From Nanobdellota archaeon (lineage in GTDB: Archaea > Nanobdellota > Nanobdellia > Pacearchaeales > GW2011-AR1), in the NCBI GenBank assembly GCA_027334715.1, contig DAHWUG010000001.1:15324-79323 (forward strand): a stretch of DNA of 64,000 nt. The letters run 5' to 3'. Under the pieces are notes generated by a model that did not search any database, was not told where the DNA came from, and was given only the letters and a program-made list of their open reading frames with translations. Numbering within the stretch: the stretch's first letter is position 1; each line of letters starts with the position of its first letter. Shown here one piece after another: positions 8,625 through 18,083 of this stretch. Made by a program: the position numbers and the translations under genes.

Positions 8625-10784
8625 ATGCCCCCTCCAAAAGATATAGATGAAATTATTGAAAAATACAAAGGAAAGATAGAGAGTCAGCTGGACACTTATG
8701 AAGAAAGGGATGTTGATTACACTCAGGAATATGTAAAATTCAAGAAAGAAATGTCTCCCGAGATTTCAAGATATGAGCGCTGGGCAAAAAGCCTTGGAAA
8801 CATAATCAAACTGAAAATTTCCGAAAAAGATTCTGTAGTTGTCAAAAGAAATCTTAACATTGCACATCTTGACATTGAACCTCAGCAGTCAGTCACCCTT
8901 AGTGCTATGGCTTTCCTAAGCGTTCTTTTTCTTGGAGTTTTGATTTCTGTCGCATGGTTTCTCATATCCGGCTCTTTCCCAATTTTATTTTTCTTGCTTG
9001 TTATGATGTTCTGTTTTTTTGTGTTTTATTTTGTAAGCGGATATCCTGCAAGACTTGCAAATTCCTGGAGACTGAAAGCAAGCAGCCAAATGGTTCCTGC
9101 AATACTTTACATAGTTGTTTACATGAGGCATACATCAAACCTTGAAAGAGCTGTTGCATTTGCATCAGATCATCTTGAATATCCTCTTGCCCTTGACTTC
9201 AAGAAAATTTTTTATGATGTTCAAATCGGAAAATTTGCAACAATAAAAGACAGTCTTGACAATTATCTTGAAACATGGAGAGACTACTCAATTGAGTTCA
9301 TAGAATCATTTCATCTTATAGAGAACAGCCTGTTTGAGCCAGATGATGCAATGAGAATTCAGACATTGGAGAAATCATTGAGTGTTGTTCTTGATGGGGT
9401 TTATGAAAAAATGCTTAAATTTACTTATGAGGTAAAAAATCCCTTGACAAATGTTTACATGCTAGGAGTTGTTTTGCCAACTCTTGGTTTAGCTCTTTTG
9501 CCCCTGGCTTCTGCAATGTTAGGTGGAATGCTGACATGGGTTCATGTTTTTATCCTTTTTGATTTGATAATTCCATTTTTAGTTCTTTATCTGACAGATA
9601 AAGTTTTATTTTTAAGGCCGGGCGGAAACGGAGATTCAAGCCTTCTTGAGAAAAATCCATTATATTATAAATACAAAAACAAAAAGCCTTATTTCAAGGC
9701 ATTTTTCATTGCTTTCCCCTTTTTATTAATTGGATTATTGCCCTTCATTTTCCAGTTCACTCCCTTACCTCAGGCATTTGGCATGCCAAAAGATTTTACT
9801 TTTTCGCAGATTGGGCTTGGAATTCTGGGCGGAAATGCTAATTTCTTTGACTTCAGGACAAACGATGCAGGGGGGTTAGTCGGGCCATTTGGCGTAGGAG
9901 CCCTGCTTTTGAGCATATTGATCCCATTGAGCATTGCATTGTTCTTTTCAATTGTATATAAAGAGAAGACAAAAGAGCTTATAGTTGAAAGAAAGAAAAC
10001 AAACCAGCTTGAAGCTGAATTTAATAATTCATTATTCCAGCTTGGAAATACAATAGGAAATGGAACACCTCCCGAAATAGCATTTGGTAAAGTTGCAGAA
10101 GCTTCAAAAGGTCTGATTACAGAGGATTTCTTCAACAGAGTTAATTACAACATAAGGCAAATGGGCATGAGTATTGAAAAAGCACTTTTTGACTCAAAAA
10201 GAGGCGCTGTAATATACTATCCATCTAACTTAATTTCGACAAGCATGAAAATACTTGCTGAATCTTCCAAAAAAGGGCTGCAGATTGCAGCTTTGAGCTT
10301 AATGAGCATTTCAGAATATGTAAAAAACATGAACAAAGTAACTGCAAGGCTTAAAGACCTTTTGGCAGAAGTTATTTCTGACATGAAATCAAACATGTCT
10401 TTCCTTGCTCCCTTGCTTTCAGGAGTTGTTGTTGGACTTGCTGCCATGATAACATCTATTTTAGTCAAGATGGACATAATAAAATCTCTTGGAGGAAGTG
10501 TAGTAGCAAGCTTGGGAACTTTGGCAAATATAGTCAGCATATTTCAGGTCTCTGACATGATTCCCCCATATTTTCTGCAAGTAATCATTGGAATTTATCT
10601 TATTGAGATTGTTTTTATTTTAACCCGCGCTCTTGTTGTGATTGATTCCGGAGAAGACAAGCTTGAAAAAACAAGCAAGACGGGAAAAAATCTTACAAGT
10701 GCTATTCTTCTTTATGCAATAACTGCATTTTTGTCAATAATTGTCTTATTTGTTCTTGTGTCAATAGTTGTTGTCAGTAGTTAG
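8625..10784 (+). CDS. Type IV pilus membrane platform protein (TadC/ArlJ-like, two GspF-like halves)
   Basis: 719 aa, many TM segments separated by two helical cytoplasmic domains; follows the ATPase; ggtga RBS. Confidence 0.8.
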   Translation: MPPPKDIDEIIEKYKGKIESQLDTYEERDVDYTQEYVKFKKEMSPEISRYERWAKSLGNIIKLKISEKDSVVVKRNLNIAHLDIEPQQSVTLSAMAFLSVLFLGVLISVAWFLISGSFPILFFLLVMMFCFFVFYFVSGYPARLANSWRLKASSQMVPAILYIVVYMRHTSNLERAVAFASDHLEYPLALDFKKIFYDVQIGKFATIKDSLDNYLETWRDYSIEFIESFHLIENSLFEPDDAMRIQTLEKSLSVVLDGVYEKMLKFTYEVKNPLTNVYMLGVVLPTLGLALLPLASAMLGGMLTWVHVFILFDLIIPFLVLYLTDKVLFLRPGGNGDSSLLEKNPLYYKYKNKKPYFKAFFIAFPFLLIGLLPFIFQFTPLPQAFGMPKDFTFSQIGLGILGGNANFFDFRTNDAGGLVGPFGVGALLLSILIPLSIALFFSIVYKEKTKELIVERKKTNQLEAEFNNSLFQLGNTIGNGTPPEIAFGKVAEASKGLITEDFFNRVNYNIRQMGMSIEKALFDSKRGAVIYYPSNLISTSMKILAESSKKGLQIAALSLMSISEYVKNMNKVTARLKDLLAEVISDMKSNMSFLAPLLSGVVVGLAAMITSILVKMDIIKSLGGSVVASLGTLANIVSIFQVSDMIPPYFLQVIIGIYLIEIVFILTRALVVIDSGEDKLEKTSKTGKNLTSAILLYAITAFLSIIVLFVLVSIVVVSS

Positions 10785-10834
10785 GAACTACTTAAGAAAA
10801 AAACATTTATTAACTATTGTTAATTTTATCGGGT

Positions 10835-10999
10835 ATGCATGAAAAAAGGAGAAAAAAGGAAAAAAAAGGAATTGTTTCTGACTATTTACCTTGGCTACTA
10901 ATAGCCATTGCAATTCTGGTGATTCTTATGATAGCAATATTTGTGCTTAAAAACCAAGGAACATCTCTTATTGATAAATTAAAGGGGCTTTTTGGATAA
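10835..10999 (+). CDS. Small type IV pilin-like protein
   Basis: Class III signal KKEKKG/IVSDY followed by a hydrophobic helix. Confidence 0.75.
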   Translation: MHEKRRKKEKKGIVSDYLPWLLIAIAILVILMIAIFVLKNQGTSLIDKLKGLFG

Positions 11000-11000
11000 A

Positions 11001-11168
11001 ATGCTAACAGAAGAGCAGCTGATAAAAATTATTCTGGGGGTTTTGGTTTTTGTAGCAGTTATTGTTGGAGTTTATCTTATCTTCAAGAACAATATTCTTG
11101 ATTTTTTTAATAATCTTGGCGGCAACGCAGGACAAACAGGAGGATTAATCTTGTCCTTGCTGAAATAA
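11001..11168 (+). CDS. 55-aa pilin-like micro-protein without leader
   Basis: Not in ORF track. MLTEEQLIKIILGVLVFVAVIVGVYLIFKNNILDFFNNLGGNAGQTGGLILSLLK; TAA-A-ATG coupled on both sides. Confidence 0.7.
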   Translation: MLTEEQLIKIILGVLVFVAVIVGVYLIFKNNILDFFNNLGGNAGQTGGLILSLLK

Positions 11169-11169
11169 A

Positions 11170-11646
11170 ATGGACAAAAATGGATTTCTTCTTGCAGAAG
11201 AAACTCTGAAGATAGTAATTGCCGTGATTGCAATAGGATTCCTGGCCTATTTTCTTGTTTCACTTTATTTTTCTGCGAAGACATCATCACAATCAGAACA
11301 AGCTAAATCAACTTTGCCGTTTATCATGAATGCAATAAACTCCTCAAACCAGAGTGTGGATATTTACAATCCAAAAGGATGGTTAATATCAATATGGCCC
11401 CATTCAGTAACATCAGGAATAGGACCATTTAAATCAACTAACATAGAAATGCCAAACTTATGCAAAAATACAGGGTTGCAAACATGCATTTGCATATGTA
11501 GCTCAGACAGTGCAAGTAGTTGTGACAGTAGCGGAACTTGCATGGACAATCTTGGTTTTGGGGTAAAAGGAACTTTGATCAAAATAAACAATCCTCCTAT
11601 CACAGTTAACATTGACCAAAAAAATAAAATAATAAGCTTACAATAA
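11170..11646 (+). CDS. Type IV pilin-like protein, Cys-rich
   Basis: MDKNG/FLLAE followed by a hydrophobic helix; CICIC motif. Confidence 0.8.
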   Translation: MDKNGFLLAEETLKIVIAVIAIGFLAYFLVSLYFSAKTSSQSEQAKSTLPFIMNAINSSNQSVDIYNPKGWLISIWPHSVTSGIGPFKSTNIEMPNLCKNTGLQTCICICSSDSASSCDSSGTCMDNLGFGVKGTLIKINNPPITVNIDQKNKIISLQ

Positions 11647-11648
11647 AA

Positions 11649-11750
11649 ATGGATCTAGATGAGATGATTAAATATGTAATATGGATTTTTTTTGCGATTA
11701 TCGCACTTTTAGGAATTTATTTTCTCCTGAAAAACATAGGAATAATGTAA
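11649..11750 (+). CDS. 33-aa pilin-like micro-protein without leader
   Basis: Not in ORF track. MDLDEMIKYVIWIFFAIIALLGIYFLLKNIGIM; fills the gap between pilin genes with TAA-AA-ATG junctions on both sides. Confidence 0.65.
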   Translation: MDLDEMIKYVIWIFFAIIALLGIYFLLKNIGIM

Positions 11751-11752
11751 AA

Positions 11753-12487
11753 ATGAAAATGATAAAAAGAAAAGACGGGGAATTAACAACACAGCAAATT
11801 GTCATCCTTATTGTCCTTATTGTAAGTTTTGTCATAATCCTTTTTTTATTGTTCAGGTTGAACCTTGGTGGAACAACAAGCGAGGAGATTTGTCATAATT
11901 CAGTTGTATTGAAAGGACAGTCGAGCATTACTTCAGGGTCATTGAACTGTAAGACAGATTATCTTTGCATTTCCGGAGGTGGAAAATGTCAGAGCTTTTC
12001 CGCATCAAATACAATGAAGGTACAACAAGGAAATAAAACACAAGTAATGAAAATTTTGGCAGATGAAATGTCTGCATGCTGGTATGAGTTTGGGGAAGGT
12101 CAAATTAATTATGCAAGCAGCACAATTACTGGAAATAAAGCATGTGCCTTATGCTCAATTGTGAACTTTGACACAAGCTTAAAGAACACTAATATATCCT
12201 ATGAGAATTTTTACAATTACTTAAGGACCACTAAAAAAACAGATTCACAGACTTACCTTCAATATCTTTATTCTACAAGTAATTTAACAGATTTCAATAA
12301 ATTTTACTTATCAGGATACCTCAATAATAACATAGACCCAAGTAAAGAATACTTTATCCTAACTGGCATATCAAAAAAGCCTGTTTGGGGATTTTTTGGA
12401 AGCACCCAGATTCCTGTAACAATTATGGAAAAAACAACCCAAAATTACAACACAATAGGATGCGATGAATTTTTGACAAAAGCCTAA
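11753..12487 (+). CDS. Type IV pilin-like protein
   Basis: Start moved to 11753: MKMIKRKDG/ELTTQ followed by a hydrophobic helix; several Cys. Confidence 0.8.
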   Translation: MKMIKRKDGELTTQQIVILIVLIVSFVIILFLLFRLNLGGTTSEEICHNSVVLKGQSSITSGSLNCKTDYLCISGGGKCQSFSASNTMKVQQGNKTQVMKILADEMSACWYEFGEGQINYASSTITGNKACALCSIVNFDTSLKNTNISYENFYNYLRTTKKTDSQTYLQYLYSTSNLTDFNKFYLSGYLNNNIDPSKEYFILTGISKKPVWGFFGSTQIPVTIMEKTTQNYNTIGCDEFLTKA

Positions 12488-12488
12488 A

Positions 12489-12941
12489 ATGATAAGAGGA
12501 AAAAGACAAAAAAAGAGGAATTTTTTTAACTATAATTTTCATCCAAAAAATTCTAAAGGGAATATCCTTACTGAAAATGTGATTTTTATTGTCCTTAACA
12601 TTGTTTTTATTTCTATTCTCTTGGTTTTTATTTTTGTAAAATCAGGAAGTGCTGCTGTTCTTGAGGAAAAATACGCAAAGGAAATTGCCCTTCTAATTGA
12701 TGAATCCCAACCAGGAATGACTATACATCTAAACATGCAGGATGCAATAGGCATCGCAAAAGGGAATAATATTGCCACTGCAGCAATAGTAAGAATAAAT
12801 AAAAATGTGGTTACTGTAAAGCTGAGAGGCAATGGTGGTTATAGCTATTCTTTTTTCAATGATGTCCAATTTGGTGATGGAAAATCAAATTATCATCCGG
12901 ATAACACAAACACCGGATTTGTTTTTATAATTGGGGGATAA
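12489..12941 (+). CDS. Type IV pilin-like protein
   Basis: KNSKG/NILTE followed by a hydrophobic helix. Confidence 0.8.
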   Translation: MIRGKRQKKRNFFNYNFHPKNSKGNILTENVIFIVLNIVFISILLVFIFVKSGSAAVLEEKYAKEIALLIDESQPGMTIHLNMQDAIGIAKGNNIATAAIVRINKNVVTVKLRGNGGYSYSFFNDVQFGDGKSNYHPDNTNTGFVFIIGG

Positions 12942-12942
12942 A

Positions 12943-13455
12943 ATGAAAAATAAAAAAGGAGCAGACAAAATACTTTCAGTGTACTGGTTTTTTATCCTCT
13001 TTTTAGTTGCAGCAGCCATAGTTTATATGGTAGCTTCTTTTTACGGAAAGCCTTATGATATAAGGGGCATTGAAGCGGGAATACTTGCAGACAGAGCAGC
13101 AGACTGCGTTTCTTATGCAGGTTACTTAAGGGATGGAGTTTTAAATTCTGATTTTCAACAAAACCTGCTTTCAAGATGCAATCTTAATTTTAATACAGAA
13201 GATGCATACAACTGGAATCAGCAAGGCCAATATTTTTTGGACATAAGCATTTACGATTTTAACTCTTATCCTAATTCGAATGCACTGCTTGAAGCTTCTG
13301 CAGGAAATCCCGATCTGAAGGATTTTTGCGGAGCTAAAGGAAATACAAACCCACTTTGCCTGCAACGGGAGTTTTACACTATAGACAAAAGTGGTAAGCA
13401 GTATGTAGTAAGAATAACATCTGTTGTAAGAAAAACCGAAAAAAATGTACAATAA
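12943..13455 (+). CDS. Type IV pilin-like protein
   Basis: MKNKKG/ADKIL followed by a hydrophobic helix. Confidence 0.78.
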   Translation: MKNKKGADKILSVYWFFILFLVAAAIVYMVASFYGKPYDIRGIEAGILADRAADCVSYAGYLRDGVLNSDFQQNLLSRCNLNFNTEDAYNWNQQGQYFLDISIYDFNSYPNSNALLEASAGNPDLKDFCGAKGNTNPLCLQREFYTIDKSGKQYVVRITSVVRKTEKNVQ

Positions 13456-13981
13456 AATAAGAAAAACTAAGAAAGCGCAAATAGGGGAAACAATGACATG
13501 GGTATTTGCAACAATAATAATTATAGTCATACTTGTTATTTCAATATTTATTGCATCCCACTATTTGGGAAAAATAAAGCTGATTACAATGCCCACTTCT
13601 GGCCAGAGCTATGACCTTCCTATTGCGAAATCTTTTTATTCATATCTTTTAACAAAAAATGAATCAGGACAGACTGTTTATTCCCAGATTGAAAAAGACA
13701 AGAATCTTAATGATTTCGATGGCAATCTTTCCCTTGACTTATTCAATGGTCAAGAAAAAATTAAGACCTATCAGGGGTCAGGTATAAATTCCCCTCTTGT
13801 GTGGCTTGGTGCAATAAAAATATCATCTCAAAATCCAAATGGGATAGGGGTGGAAAACAAGTATTTTGGACCTCAAGATTTTGGCATTACTTCAAATAAT
13901 CTTCAATTTTATGAACTAATAAAAATAAATGAAAATGAGTCAGTCAGTCTTGTAGTTTCATCCTCTTCAAACGTAAAATGA
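13445..13981 (+). CDS. Type IV pilin-like protein
   Basis: KTKKA/QIGET followed by a hydrophobic helix. Confidence 0.8.
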   Translation: MYNKIRKTKKAQIGETMTWVFATIIIIVILVISIFIASHYLGKIKLITMPTSGQSYDLPIAKSFYSYLLTKNESGQTVYSQIEKDKNLNDFDGNLSLDLFNGQEKIKTYQGSGINSPLVWLGAIKISSQNPNGIGVENKYFGPQDFGITSNNLQFYELIKINENESVSLVVSSSSNVK

Positions 13982-14283
13982 CAAAACTGATTAATAATAA
14001 AAAAGGAGATATACCGGTGACAATTCTTGTACTTGGTGTTGTTTTGATATGCATCCTTACTATCGCAAGCTTTTTTTTCGCATCATATCATGTAAATAAG
14101 AATTTTGATATAAGGATAATAAAAGAAATAAGTCTTGCAAAAGAGAAAATAGACTTTTATCAAAATGTAGGTGTTAGCAGAGACCAGGCAGACTCTTTTG
14201 TTGGAGTAAAAACAGACACTCAGGGAAAAAGATATCTTTATTACAATTGGAGCTCTATATCTGTAAGATACAACCTCCCTTGA
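13978..14283 (+). CDS. Type IV pilin-like protein
   Basis: NNKKG/DIPVT followed by a hydrophobic helix; ATGA overlap with previous gene. Confidence 0.78.
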   Translation: MTKLINNKKGDIPVTILVLGVVLICILTIASFFFASYHVNKNFDIRIIKEISLAKEKIDFYQNVGVSRDQADSFVGVKTDTQGKRYLYYNWSSISVRYNLP

Positions 14284-14320
14284 CAATAACATTTTTAAAC
14301 AAAATAAACCTAAATTAAAT

Positions 14321-14668
14321 ATGGAAAGCAAAAGGGGCCAGGAGCTTAGCACCAATGCAATTATTATGATTGTCATTGGAATAATTGTGCTTGTTGTTCT
14401 TATTCTTGGCTTTACAATAGGCTGGGACAAGCTTCTTCCATTCTTTTCAACAAACAACGTGCAAAACATACAAACAACATGCAGTTCTGCATGCGCCACA
14501 GGAAATCAGTATGATTACTGCTCTTTACCAAGAACTTTGAAAGCATCTGACCTGCCTGGAAATCCTTCTAATGGCCAAGTTGTAGGAAATTGTACATTCT
14601 TTGCAACTAATCCCAACTATCAGAAGTATGGAATAGGTGTATGTGACACAATAACCTGCAGTTCTTAA
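14321..14668 (+). CDS. Type IV pilin (candidate major pilin)
   Basis: MESKRG/QELST followed by a hydrophobic helix; 6 Cys; own TATA-like ttttaaa about 25 nt upstream. Confidence 0.8.
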   Translation: MESKRGQELSTNAIIMIVIGIIVLVVLILGFTIGWDKLLPFFSTNNVQNIQTTCSSACATGNQYDYCSLPRTLKASDLPGNPSNGQVVGNCTFFATNPNYQKYGIGVCDTITCSS

Positions 14669-14712
14669 TTCTTATCTGAAATATTTTTAAAGAAACTTCC
14701 TCTTAAAGTGTA

Positions 14713-14823
14713 ATGGATTATGGATTTTCTGAAAGAAGGAACAAAAGAAAGAGCAAGAAAAAGGAAAACAGAAAGCATCCTTACAGAAAAGGCGGTGGGC
14801 ATAGGTCAATGGAAAAGAAATAA
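14713..14823 (+). CDS. 36-aa basic micro-protein
   Basis: MDYGFSERRNKRKSKKKENRKHPYRKGGGHRSMEKK; TATA-like tttttaaa about 22 nt upstream. Confidence 0.45.
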   Translation: MDYGFSERRNKRKSKKKENRKHPYRKGGGHRSMEKK

Positions 14824-14899
14824 TGAAGAATTTTAATATAAAGCCGAATGAATAAATTTTACTCGTGCATTTTATAAATTAGAATTACAATATCCTCTT

Positions 14900-15745
14900 A
14901 TGATAGAAATAATCTTCCTTTTTATACTGGGTCTTTTTTGGATTATTTTTGCAACTGTTCAGGATGTAAGAACAAAGGAAATAGCAAACTGGCTTAATTT
15001 TTCTCTTATAATCTTTGTTCTTGGATTCAGGTTCTTTTATTCCCTTTTTTCTGCAGGCAATTTCAGCTTTTTTTATCAGGGCCTTATAGGGCTTGTAATC
15101 TTCTCTGTTCTGGGAAATTTGTTTTATTACGGAAGAATGTTTGCAGGAGGAGATGCAAAACTTCTTATTGCCCTTGGTCCCCTAATCCCCCTTTCTGATG
15201 TTTTTTCAGTAAACTTTGGAAATTTTGTCATGTTCCTTCTTGTCTTCCTTTTTGCAGGAGCTCTTTATAGCATAACTGTCAGCGTGAGCCTTGGCATAAA
15301 AAACAGAAAGAAATTTGGAAAAGAGTTTAAGAATCAATTCAAAGAAAATAGAAAAATAATTATTTCTTTTTTAGTTCTTAGCATAATACTTATCATTTTA
15401 AGCTATTTAGACGGATTATTTTTGTACCTGGGAATACTGACTTTTATCCTGCCTTATCTTTACATTTATGCTAAAAGTGTCGACGAAATTTCAATGATAA
15501 AGAATGTTTCAGTTTCTGCGCTTAAAGAGGGGGACTGGCTTTATCATAATATTAAAATTGGCTCCAAAACAATAAAGGCAACATGGGATGGATTGAACAT
15601 GAGAGAAATAAATTTGCTCAGAAAAAAACGCAAGAATGGGAGAGTCAGGATCAGGGCAGGAGTTTTTTTCACGCCTGTTTTCTTCATAAGCTACCTTGTC
15701 TTCTTTTATTTTTGGTATATTGGATTAAGGTATTCTTTTTGGTAG
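14900..15745 (+). CDS. Prepilin peptidase, A24 family (PibD/FlaK-like)
   Basis: Catalytic Asp motifs QDVRTKEI and GGDAKLL; multiple TMs; FTP near C-terminus. Confidence 0.88.
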   Translation: MIEIIFLFILGLFWIIFATVQDVRTKEIANWLNFSLIIFVLGFRFFYSLFSAGNFSFFYQGLIGLVIFSVLGNLFYYGRMFAGGDAKLLIALGPLIPLSDVFSVNFGNFVMFLLVFLFAGALYSITVSVSLGIKNRKKFGKEFKNQFKENRKIIISFLVLSIILIILSYLDGLFLYLGILTFILPYLYIYAKSVDEISMIKNVSVSALKEGDWLYHNIKIGSKTIKATWDGLNMREINLLRKKRKNGRVRIRAGVFFTPVFFISYLVFFYFWYIGLRYSFW

Positions 15746-16396
15746 CCAGATTTTTTTCATTTCCCCTACATTTTTTTTATGCAGCTTCTCCCCTTCAGGC
15801 TTTTTATCTACACTTTTTTCTTTTTTCTCTGAAAATGATTTCTTCCTAAGCACTTTTTGCAGCTCTTCAAGTTCTTCTTTTTCTGCAGGCTTCCTTTCAG
15901 TTGACTTTTTCCCATGGTATACAGGGATTACATTTATTATTTCATGGCCGAAGATATTTGAGTAAGAGAGATCAACACTTTCCGGCTTTAATCTTGTTTT
16001 TATCAGAGAAGAAACTTTTTTTGCCAAGTTCATAACTTGTGGAGACAAATTTTTATCAGATGCTATATGCTCTTTTGGAATGATTATCACATGCCCACGT
16101 GAAAAAGGATTTATCTCAAGCACTGCAATTGCCTTAGAATTTTCAGATATTTTATAGGACTCTATATCCCCCAAAACAATTGAACAAAAAACACATTCTG
16201 TCGAGGACGCAGTTTCTTTAATATCACCCCCTCTTTGCTTCAAAAGATTATTTTTTACCAGAAAAGCCTCAAGTTGCTCTGAGTCCATGCCTTGAATCTG
16301 GGATATTGCGAATTCTTTTCTGTCTTCTGGAAAAGAGCGCTCTATCTGCTCAACCAACCTTTGCTTTATTGATTCTACCTGTTCTTCTGTCAGCAT
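15725..16396 (-). CDS. HIT-family protein with N-terminal extension
   Basis: CVFCSI, LEINPFSRGHVIIIPKEH; histidine triad degenerate (GHEIINVIP). Confidence 0.8.
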   Translation of the reverse strand: MLTEEQVESIKQRLVEQIERSFPEDRKEFAISQIQGMDSEQLEAFLVKNNLLKQRGGDIKETASSTECVFCSIVLGDIESYKISENSKAIAVLEINPFSRGHVIIIPKEHIASDKNLSPQVMNLAKKVSSLIKTRLKPESVDLSYSNIFGHEIINVIPVYHGKKSTERKPAEKEELEELQKVLRKKSFSEKKEKSVDKKPEGEKLHKKNVGEMKKIWLPKRIP

Positions 16397-16440
16397 TAAT
16401 CATTTAATACAGAAATATTTTTAAACTCTCTCTATTGAGC

Positions 16441-16665
16441 ATGCCATCACTTGGAGCCTGGTATTATGTTATGGGGATAGTCGCACTAGCCTATAATATT
16501 CTTGGAGTATTTTATACACATATTGCCTTAGGTCTTTATATTGGCCAGACACCTGCACTAAGCTTATTCGCAGATTTGTGTATGTGGCTTTCTGCTACCC
16601 ACTACTTTTTTAAAGAACACAAAGAAGAGAAAATACTTCGGCAAACAACTGGAATTAGATATTAA
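16441..16665 (+). CDS. Small membrane protein, hypothetical
   Basis: Two hydrophobic segments; fills an intergenic gap. Confidence 0.5.
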   Translation: MPSLGAWYYVMGIVALAYNILGVFYTHIALGLYIGQTPALSLFADLCMWLSATHYFFKEHKEEKILRQTTGIRY

Positions 16666-16682
16666 TTTTTATCTTTTAACCT

Positions 16683-16955
16683 TTATCCTATCGCCCTTCT
16701 TATGTCAACAACCTGAACAGAGCTTACATTGGGAATTTTCCTCAATTCCTCTTCCAAGTCATCAAGCTCTTTGTCTTCAGGCCATCCAAACAAAATTATC
16801 CATGCTTTCAATCCGAACGCAATCGGTTGTATTTCAAAATTGGGATTTTGAATGTTTTGCGCCCCCAGAATTTTTTCCACATTTACCTTTATTTCATCAA
16901 TATTTGTGTCTGGAGAGTCAGGCATTACCTTTATTTTAACAGCTATAACACTCAT
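16683..16955 (-). CDS. ef1b: Elongation factor 1-beta
   Basis: IKVMPDSPD...PIAFGLKA...V..V.V pattern; 90 aa. Confidence 0.92.
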   Translation of the reverse strand: MSVIAVKIKVMPDSPDTNIDEIKVNVEKILGAQNIQNPNFEIQPIAFGLKAWIILFGWPEDKELDDLEEELRKIPNVSSVQVVDIRRAIG

Positions 16956-17056
16956 GTTTTAGTCTAATTGGATTTGTTTATAAATGTAATTGTAGCCTAT
17001 TTTAACTAACATAAAAATATCATAATACTTAAAAACCTTGGCTATTTTTCGCTGAT

Positions 17057-18010
17057 ATGGTTCAAGGGAATGGAAATTATGAAAGAATTCTTGAAAAAAT
17101 CTCAAGATCTTCAGGCTTGGAAAAAGCAGAAATTGAACGGAGAATTGAGGCAAAAAAAGCAAAACTTTCCGGATTGATAAGCATGGAAGGCGCTGCACAG
17201 GTTGTTGCTGCAGAACTGGGAATTTCTTTTGAAAATGAAAAACTGAAAATTAACGAGCTTCTTCCCGGAATGAGAAAAGTTAATACAATTGGGAAAGTCA
17301 TGAATATTTCTCCTGTAAGAACATTTACAACAAAGAAAGGGGAAGCGAGCAAGGTTGTTAATTTCTGGATTGCAGACGAAACCTCAAACATAAAAGTTGT
17401 TCTTTGGGACACAAATCTTATATTACTTATTGAAACAGGAAAAATCGGAGTTGACACTGTTATTGAGATTACGAATGGGAGCATGCGTGACAATGAAATA
17501 CATCTTGGAAGTTTTTCACAGCTTAAGCCAAGTGCGGAAGTTATTGAAAATGCCAAAACAGAAAAAGTCTTCAGGCATAAAAATATAATTGATTTAAAAC
17601 CAGGTGAAAATACCGATTTGAGAGCTTTTGTTTTGCAGGTTTTTGAGCCAAGGTTTTTCAATGTGTGCCCTGAATGCAGCAAAAAAGTAACACAGGAAGG
17701 AGAGGTCTTTATATGCGAGAAGCATGGAAAAGTCATTCCTGAAAAAAGAGCTGTTTCAAGCATTGTGATAGATGATGGAACAGATTCCGTAAGGGCTGTT
17801 TTATTCAATGAGGCATTATCAAAGCTTGGTTTCTCCCAATTGGATGATACTGACAAATTTTCAGCAGAGAAGGGGAATATTATTGGAAAAGAAATGGTTT
17901 TTACAGGAAATGTACGAAATAACGCCTTTTTCAACAACCATGAGATGATAGTTGATGACATAAAAGAGGTCAATCCAGATGAGCTTATAATGGAGCTTGA
18001 GAAGAACTAA
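17057..18010 (+). CDS. rpa: Replication protein A (OB folds plus Zn finger)
   Basis: LSGLISMEGAA N-domain; ADETSNIKVVLW and DDGTDSVRAVLF OB folds; CPEC...CEKH. Confidence 0.85.
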   Translation: MVQGNGNYERILEKISRSSGLEKAEIERRIEAKKAKLSGLISMEGAAQVVAAELGISFENEKLKINELLPGMRKVNTIGKVMNISPVRTFTTKKGEASKVVNFWIADETSNIKVVLWDTNLILLIETGKIGVDTVIEITNGSMRDNEIHLGSFSQLKPSAEVIENAKTEKVFRHKNIIDLKPGENTDLRAFVLQVFEPRFFNVCPECSKKVTQEGEVFICEKHGKVIPEKRAVSSIVIDDGTDSVRAVLFNEALSKLGFSQLDDTDKFSAEKGNIIGKEMVFTGNVRNNAFFNNHEMIVDDIKEVNPDELIMELEKN

Positions 18011-18083
18011 AATTTTACTGGCTATTGCAAGATATATCTGATATTGAAATAATCTTTATAAACAACTCATTTCTTTGGTGGTT

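Noticed and set aside
11681..11752. N-terminal extension of the 268-aa ORF given in the track
   Set aside because: The class III signal and the coupling pattern favour ATG 11753; the region is better explained by the 33-aa micro-ORF in another frame
5583..15745. Archaellum operon
   Set aside because: No archaellin, ArlH ATPase or chemotaxis genes recognised; better described as a T4P-like system
17077..17973. 298-aa antisense ORF, and similar shadows such as 30349-30984, 60874-61530 and 24320-24853
   Set aside because: Antisense to well-supported genes, Ser/Phe/Ile-rich mirror composition, no motifs
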